From: a virus
Virus record (IMG/VR): IMGVR_UViG_3300031227_000032
Span: 1 to 64,000 of that record
Reading direction: 5' to 3' (one strand)
DNA length: 64,000 nucleotides
A program made the position numbers and the translations under genes. Shown one piece after another: positions 58,879 through 64,000 of this stretch. The notes under the pieces were generated by a model that searched no databases, had not been told where the DNA came from, and saw only the letters and a list, made by a program, of their open reading frames with translations. Positions within the stretch are counted from its first letter, which is position 1. Each line of letters begins with the position of its first letter.

Positions 58879-59766
58879 TTAAGTTTTCGGGCGTAATTGT
58901 TTATCACCTGGTAGCATCGGTGACAATCCGCAACGGCATTGAATGTCAAACGCAGCCTTGCCGCTCAGCATCGGCCCTTCGATGAAACCGACCTGATTGA
59001 ATGTATCAAACAGCCCGTCCGCATCCGTCACGGCTCCGTCCATGACGATGTGACTGTACATGTCTTTGCCACCGCCACGTACTAAGCTATCGCGTGCCGT
59101 TAGCCACTCTGAACGTATCACAACATCCAAGTATTCGGCGGACTGTTTGTAACCTTCAAGCTCTGCTTTAATGTCCGCACGTCCGACTTCGGTTCTAGCA
59201 ATAGCGTTGCTACGCGGTTGTGTGATCGCATCAGTCTTGCCTGACCATTCGGCGTATTTCTCACTGATTGCTTTCGATGTAACCTTGAAGCCCTGATCTG
59301 CAGTATCAGCGATGATGACCTCTAACTTTGCCGCGCTGGTTTTGTCAATCAGGTTAGAGCGTATATGTAAATTCTCAGTAAGCCACTTCCGGAAGTCAGG
59401 GCGATCAGGTGCGAACGCCGGTAGCTTTTCCGCTGCCAGTACTGCAACCTCATCGACTGCCAACTGCCCGAACTCAGCTACTAACTCAGCTTGCAATGGG
59501 CCAATGATCGCAGCATACGCGGCATTTTCCACTTCAGGATTCAGCAACGGCTTAGGCTTATCAGCGCGTGTCTGTGCGGTCTTGAGTACCCGCGCCTCCT
59601 GACCTACCCAGTATTTTTCAATGCCCGCCTTGTAGCGTTCCTGCCACGGCTCGCGTATCTTATCCTGATCGGCTAATCGCTCCTCACGATCAGCCAGCGT
59701 TGGATACTTACTGCTGGGGAATGTAGGCTCATCGCCTATATCGTCATCGACCCGATGACTTGGCAC
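58879..59766 (-). CDS. MuF/gp7-like head morphogenesis domain (likely C-terminal part of a portal fusion)
   Basis: IARTE, W.T.RD..VR..H...DG, QCRC; in frame with the portal and no well-spaced RBS. Confidence 0.8.
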   Translation of the reverse strand: MPSHRVDDDIGDEPTFPSSKYPTLADREERLADQDKIREPWQERYKAGIEKYWVGQEARVLKTAQTRADKPKPLLNPEVENAAYAAIIGPLQAELVAEFGQLAVDEVAVLAAEKLPAFAPDRPDFRKWLTENLHIRSNLIDKTSAAKLEVIIADTADQGFKVTSKAISEKYAEWSGKTDAITQPRSNAIARTEVGRADIKAELEGYKQSAEYLDVVIRSEWLTARDSLVRGGGKDMYSHIVMDGAVTDADGLFDTFNQVGFIEGPMLSGKAAFDIQCRCGLSPMLPGDKQLRPKT

Positions 59767-59769
59767 GCC
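59731..59769 (-). promoter_or_regulatory. Putative bacterial SECIS after portal UGA
   Basis: UGA-10nt-GUCAUCG-GGU-CGAUGAC perfect 7-bp stem. Confidence 0.65.
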
Positions 59770-61122
59770 TCATCCGCAGGTTTCCAGATACGAACGCATA
59801 GCGCGCGCCGCCTCTTTTGTTTCATTCTCTTCGGTATCGACTCCGATCTCCTCTGGCTGGAGTTGTTTCAATGTATCTGGCAGTCTGATATACGGCTTGT
59901 TCAACGGGTTATCCGGATCGTCAGGCTCGATCATTTCAAGCCCGCTGGCTTCGCGCTTTTCGTTCGGGGTCATCCAATCGCTGTTAGCAAGGTTGTGCAC
60001 TCGTTCCGTTACGTTATCCTGCAGCGCGTTGATTCCGCTTACAATCGGTAACAGCTTTACATCATCTTCAAGCCCCATCTTAGGTAACACAAACTCTGCA
60101 AACTCCTCGCGGAATAAGCGATGCAATGGCAATACTGTATTCTCATAGAGGAATCGTTCAGCGGACTCGACATTGTTATACGTTGATGATTTGTCATCGC
60201 CGACTAACTGTGACGGCACGCCCAGCGCCGCGCAGATATGCCGCATTGTCACACCAGCGCCGCTAGTCCAGTCCATCTCTTTCGGGCTATGCGCGAGTGC
60301 CATATAGTTAGACTTCTCGCCGTCAATGAAAGCCGTCGCGCCTGCGTTAGATGCACCGCTGAACTTATCGTTGTAATCCTGCTCAATGCGTGCGCGCACT
60401 TGCGGAGTCAGTGAACTCCAACCCGTAATCTGCAACACACCGCCTGGTACTGCACTATTAGTAAGTAGCTTAGAGTTCCAAGCTAGCTGTAGGTTGCTGG
60501 TATCAATGTCCGTCGCTGCAGCATTCAATGGTGATAATCCAAACATCGGATGCGCAGGATCGGTGAACTTCACGTTATACATTTCGTCAGGCGTCAGATA
60601 GCGTTTATTGCCAATGCCTGTTTCGATAACGTACCGACTGACTGTGCGATTATCTGTGGTTTCAATCGTCACGCGGTCAGGCAATTCGAGATACATTTCA
60701 GGTGCGGTCTTGGGTTGCGTCTTGCCATTAGTCGTGCGCTTGCCAATGCCGATACCTTCGATGTATGTGATACCGGCAAGGTGAAGCTGATTAGACCACA
60801 GCGCGATGAACTCGTGATAGCCTTGATTCGGATTGAAGCGCTGCACTAAGTTGTACAACGGCTTGACGCGCGGGGCTATATCATCCTGCGTTACAATCTC
60901 GCCCTCATACTCGATGCCGATTGGTACTGCGCAAAGGCCGTTGCCGATTACCCGCAAGCAGGCATATACAATCGGATTGTGCCGATACGCCTCTTTGTAA
61001 AACTCATTGAATCGGCGCGCGCGAAACTCAGCACTGACACCGTTAGTATCCTGAATCGTCAGAACCTTAGCGCGCAACATCGACCGTAGTATGAAGTTTT
61101 GGAATCGTTGTTTAAGGTTCAT
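59770..61122 (-). CDS. HK97-family portal protein (747-aa portal-MuF fusion if TGA is read through)
   Basis: VYAC..VI, PN, GLSPL, PGGVL, GASNAG, ICAALGVP, TYNN.E, TPNE.R. Confidence 0.92.
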   Translation of the reverse strand: MNLKQRFQNFILRSMLRAKVLTIQDTNGVSAEFRARRFNEFYKEAYRHNPIVYACLRVIGNGLCAVPIGIEYEGEIVTQDDIAPRVKPLYNLVQRFNPNQGYHEFIALWSNQLHLAGITYIEGIGIGKRTTNGKTQPKTAPEMYLELPDRVTIETTDNRTVSRYVIETGIGNKRYLTPDEMYNVKFTDPAHPMFGLSPLNAAATDIDTSNLQLAWNSKLLTNSAVPGGVLQITGWSSLTPQVRARIEQDYNDKFSGASNAGATAFIDGEKSNYMALAHSPKEMDWTSGAGVTMRHICAALGVPSQLVGDDKSSTYNNVESAERFLYENTVLPLHRLFREEFAEFVLPKMGLEDDVKLLPIVSGINALQDNVTERVHNLANSDWMTPNEKREASGLEMIEPDDPDNPLNKPYIRLPDTLKQLQPEEIGVDTEENETKEAARAMRSYLETCG

Positions 61123-61125
61123 AGT

Positions 61126-61653
61126 TTATCCCGTCGCCAATATATGAAATGGCGGCTTGACCGTTCCCTGTAGCGCCGCTGATGCTGATAGCGCAGTCTT
61201 AATCCTAGTCTTGGGCGCTTGCCCAGCAGTGCTGTATAGCGAGCCTAGCGCAACCATATAGCCGCTCCCTACTGATTCGTAGCCGCAGTGCGCACGGTTG
61301 TACTGAAAGTCATGAAAGTTATACAGGTGCTTACCCCACGCGATCAGGAATTGCCCAGCGGACGCTTTGTTATTTTCCAGCGCGGCAAAGTTTAGATCAG
61401 TGAATACCGGTCTCAGTAACTCGGTTATGTTGTATGCGTGGCGGTCAGGATCATTATGTATTTGGTCAGGCCACTTGACACCGTGCTTTAGAATCTGAAT
61501 CATACGATAATCCGTCGTGCCGCCCATGACATACGGCCCGCGCTTGAATAGCTTGCGGTCGCCCTGTGAGATGCTAGTCCACTCATTCGCCGCCGCGCTG
61601 TCAGCTCCCATGTACACGACGCCTTTATGCTTTAGGGCTACAATGCAAGTCAT
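61126..61653 (-). CDS. HslV/proteasome-like Ntn hydrolase
   Basis: MTCIV N-terminal Thr, GADS, K, GSG...ALG.L. Confidence 0.75.
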   Translation of the reverse strand: MTCIVALKHKGVVYMGADSAAANEWTSISQGDRKLFKRGPYVMGGTTDYRMIQILKHGVKWPDQIHNDPDRHAYNITELLRPVFTDLNFAALENNKASAGQFLIAWGKHLYNFHDFQYNRAHCGYESVGSGYMVALGSLYSTAGQAPKTRIKTALSASAALQGTVKPPFHILATG

Positions 61654-61698
61654 CTATACTCCCTTGACAAATGCTGGATAGTGTGTTATGATGATGGT

Positions 61699-61887
61699 AT
61701 GGTATTATACGAAACGCCAGCGGGCAGGGATAATATTGATCTGTATTTGGAAACCTGCCATGCGGGTGACAATCTGGTTATCATGCTCTATGACGATGAT
61801 GGCAGCATTGTCCGTGAGCTATCTCCCGAGCAGTGTGACGCGCTACGTATCGCGCTATCGGATCATCTGGCAACGCTCATAAAATAA
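61699..61887 (+). CDS. Small hypothetical moron protein, predicted leaderless
   Basis: TTGACA(61664)-17-TATGAT-6nt-ATG. Confidence 0.55.
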   Translation: MVLYETPAGRDNIDLYLETCHAGDNLVIMLYDDDGSIVRELSPEQCDALRIALSDHLATLIK

Positions 61888-61911
61888 CGCGCCGTAATTT
61901 TGCGTAACCCC

Positions 61912-61972
61912 TTGACATTGCTCGCTGGCTGTGCTATACTTATACCAGTTAGCAACAAGGAGAAACGAAATG
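61912..61972 (+). promoter_or_regulatory. Promoter plus conserved leader (copy 5)
   Basis: TTGACA-17-TATACT-5nt-CAGTTAGCAACAAGGAGAAACGAAATG. Confidence 0.8.
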
Positions 61973-62164
61973 TTAGACAATAAAAACAACACGATGAACA
62001 AGTTTAATACAGGCGATCACGTTATCTGCCGTGGTAAGAACTACAGAGTTACTGAGATCCGTGGTAGCCGTGGTTATGATACAAGCTGGTATTACACTTA
62101 CAAGCTAACCTCAACTAACGGCTCATCCCGCCGTGCCCCGCAACACCTTATCTCGGTTGCATGA
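61970..62164 (+). CDS. Small SH3/KOW-like protein
   Basis: KF..GD.V...Y.V. Confidence 0.55.
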   Translation: MLDNKNNTMNKFNTGDHVICRGKNYRVTEIRGSRGYDTSWYYTYKLTSTNGSSRRAPQHLISVA

Positions 62165-62187
62165 CGAAACAATATGCATAATCATTC

Positions 62188-62211
62188 AGCCCCGCCCTCG
62201 CGGGGTTTTTA
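62188..62211 (+). terminator. Rho-independent terminator
   Basis: AGCCCCGC-CCTC-GCGGGGTT-TTT. Confidence 0.75.
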
Positions 62212-62212
62212 C

Positions 62213-63577
62213 TTACCCTGTCAGGTAATCCAGCAACTCCATTCCGCCCAGCTCACCGTATACCATGTACCTACAGGCGTCCGGTGCGTGGTCATGCTCT
62301 TTCACTGGCTTATCATCTGCCAGCTTAGACGCGCTGTAATGATACGCGGGCATCCACTGCACTGCATTCGGACACTTCACCTTATCGAAGCATAGCGCCG
62401 GTACGTCCTCCCTGACTAGCAGGCTGCGCACTTGCGAGATACCATCGTCAATGCCGTTAATGATCTTGCCCGTGGCGGTCTTAATGTACACCGGAATGCC
62501 AAGGCCGATTAACTCCGCGTTTGCTGCAGCCGACGACGGATCACAGAACGCACCCTTAAACTGATTCTCGTTCAGATGGTCAATGCCTAACGCCGTGAGC
62601 TTGTTAATGATCTGCTCGCCGATCTGCGCTGGTATCTGACCGCTGACGTATATCTCATCGAAGACATTGATCTGCTCAGCGCCTACTTGCTGCCCGAATA
62701 GTACACACGTTGGGTTATCGAAACCCCAGTCAATGCCCAGGAACACCCGCGAGTCAGGCGTATACTTTACCTCTGCAACGTGGCGCTCTAAGCTGAACTG
62801 CGGATAGACTGAACCTGTCCGCGCTTCAAACTCTGCTAGAAACTCCTGACTGAAGCGTGATAGCTCACCGCGCCGGATGTACATATCGCGGATTTTGTCA
62901 ATCGTCGCCGTATCATTAAACGGGTTATCATAGCTAGTCCACTTCGCTGTAGCATACTCTGAATCGACTAACGCTTGGTCTGTCCAGTCAAGCCAGGTGT
63001 CCCGTGCGTGGTTATATCCGTTCGGTGTGGTAGGTATACCCAGCACGCCCTTACAGTCAAGCAGCGGCGGCATGAGATGTTCAGCGAGCACGTCCTTACC
63101 AAAGGCGTACTCATCGGCAAGTGTCATTACAAGCCCAGGCCCGCGCAGTGAGGTAGGGTCTTTTGTAGTCTTACCCTCAATCCTAGCACGCCACGGCATT
63201 TCGATATACCGCTCACGTGTAGACTTATGCAACGGCGTTGCGCCCAATACCTTTTGATCGACTACGAACTTCCAGACCTGCCCGAAGATGTTATCTGTAA
63301 TGTCAGATTCAGGTGCAGCTACAAGTATCAAACGTTTCGGCAGTAGGCCAATCGGTTTGAATGCCATCTCAGTTGTACCCTCGGTAGACCAGCCTAGCGA
63401 CTTACCGGAACGCCGACCTGCAACGTTCATTATGTACTTAGCGCCCGCGTCTATCGGGTTATGTATGCCGCGCAGTTGCCCCGCGTGCGGTACGTAGTCT
63501 ATGGCATTCCATATACGTTGCCTGTGATATTTGCGTTCAAGCGTGCGGAATTGCTGTGGTGTAATGAGTGTAGACAA
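62213..63577 (-). CDS. terL: Terminase large subunit
   Basis: AGRRSGKS Walker A, LRG, ADE, TTPNG.N, QEFLAEF, GIDWG, DH..DA.RY. Confidence 0.92.
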   Translation of the reverse strand: MSTLITPQQFRTLERKYHRQRIWNAIDYVPHAGQLRGIHNPIDAGAKYIMNVAGRRSGKSLGWSTEGTTEMAFKPIGLLPKRLILVAAPESDITDNIFGQVWKFVVDQKVLGATPLHKSTRERYIEMPWRARIEGKTTKDPTSLRGPGLVMTLADEYAFGKDVLAEHLMPPLLDCKGVLGIPTTPNGYNHARDTWLDWTDQALVDSEYATAKWTSYDNPFNDTATIDKIRDMYIRRGELSRFSQEFLAEFEARTGSVYPQFSLERHVAEVKYTPDSRVFLGIDWGFDNPTCVLFGQQVGAEQINVFDEIYVSGQIPAQIGEQIINKLTALGIDHLNENQFKGAFCDPSSAAANAELIGLGIPVYIKTATGKIINGIDDGISQVRSLLVREDVPALCFDKVKCPNAVQWMPAYHYSASKLADDKPVKEHDHAPDACRYMVYGELGGMELLDYLTG

Positions 63578-63592
63578 AGCATTGTAGTTAGG

Positions 63593-63949
63593 TTAGTTGC
63601 GGCAAAGGTGTTTCAGCGATTCGCAGCGATCAGTATGTCTGAAACGCTCATCGTGAAAATCGTAATGATCAATCACTAGCGCGATCAATTCAGCATCTTT
63701 ATCGAAATCATCCAGCTCATAGATTGCTGGCTTAACGAAATCAGATACGGTAATACTGTTTAGGTCTGTGTGATTATCACGAATCATCACAACCAACTCG
63801 GCGACGCGCTCCAATTCGTTATCCAGTATGCCTGTGTGATGATACAGCCAGATGAACCGCTTAAACTCAGTTATACATTCTCGCAACTCACGTGATGCCT
63901 TGAATATGCTATCACGCATTGCGCGATGCTGGTCTCTTATGTGGGGCAT
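63593..63949 (-). CDS. Hypothetical protein
   Basis: 118-aa ORF with AAGGAG RBS. Confidence 0.5.
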   Translation of the reverse strand: MPHIRDQHRAMRDSIFKASRELRECITEFKRFIWLYHHTGILDNELERVAELVVMIRDNHTDLNSITVSDFVKPAIYELDDFDKDAELIALVIDHYDFHDERFRHTDRCESLKHLCRN

Positions 63950-64000
63950 ACAAACTCCTTTGCATTAGTCATGTGGCCGGTTGGTTATCTCGCCTAACGT

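Noticed and set aside
1-64000. Genome-wide alternative genetic code (TGA=Trp/Gly)
   Set aside because: Many genes end at TGA with ATGA overlaps and long ORFs are intact under code 11, so recoding must be site-specific

Overview
The window is a 64-kb stretch of a tailed dsDNA phage (siphovirus-like, HK97-fold head), about 50-55% GC by eye. Bases 1-16.2 kb (minus strand) carry replication and recombination genes: DnaB, an initiator, a RuvC-like nuclease, a Gam-like protein, SSB, RtcB, a Sak4-like ATPase and an SLT. Bases 16.4-24.7 kb (plus strand) are an array of small early genes, each behind a near-consensus sigma70 promoter, ending in a serine recombinase. Bases 24.7-64 kb (minus strand) hold nucleotide-metabolism, lysis, tail, glycan-modification, head and terminase genes, interrupted by small promoter-bearing cassettes. 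The main finding is three ORFs broken by a single in-frame UGA in a Gly-UGA-Gly context, each followed by a hairpin that looks like a bacterial SECIS. They are the tape measure protein (CGPGG-U-G), a portal-MuF fusion (CG-U-G) and a membrane protein whose intact paralog lies next door. This suggests phage virion proteins that need selenocysteine insertion or another programmed UGA readthrough. Other signals: a capsule-type glycosyltransferase/methyltransferase cluster between head and neck genes, eight leaderless promoter cassettes, five cassettes sharing one leader, and two structured RNA leaders. All calls come from motif reading by eye; no searches were run.
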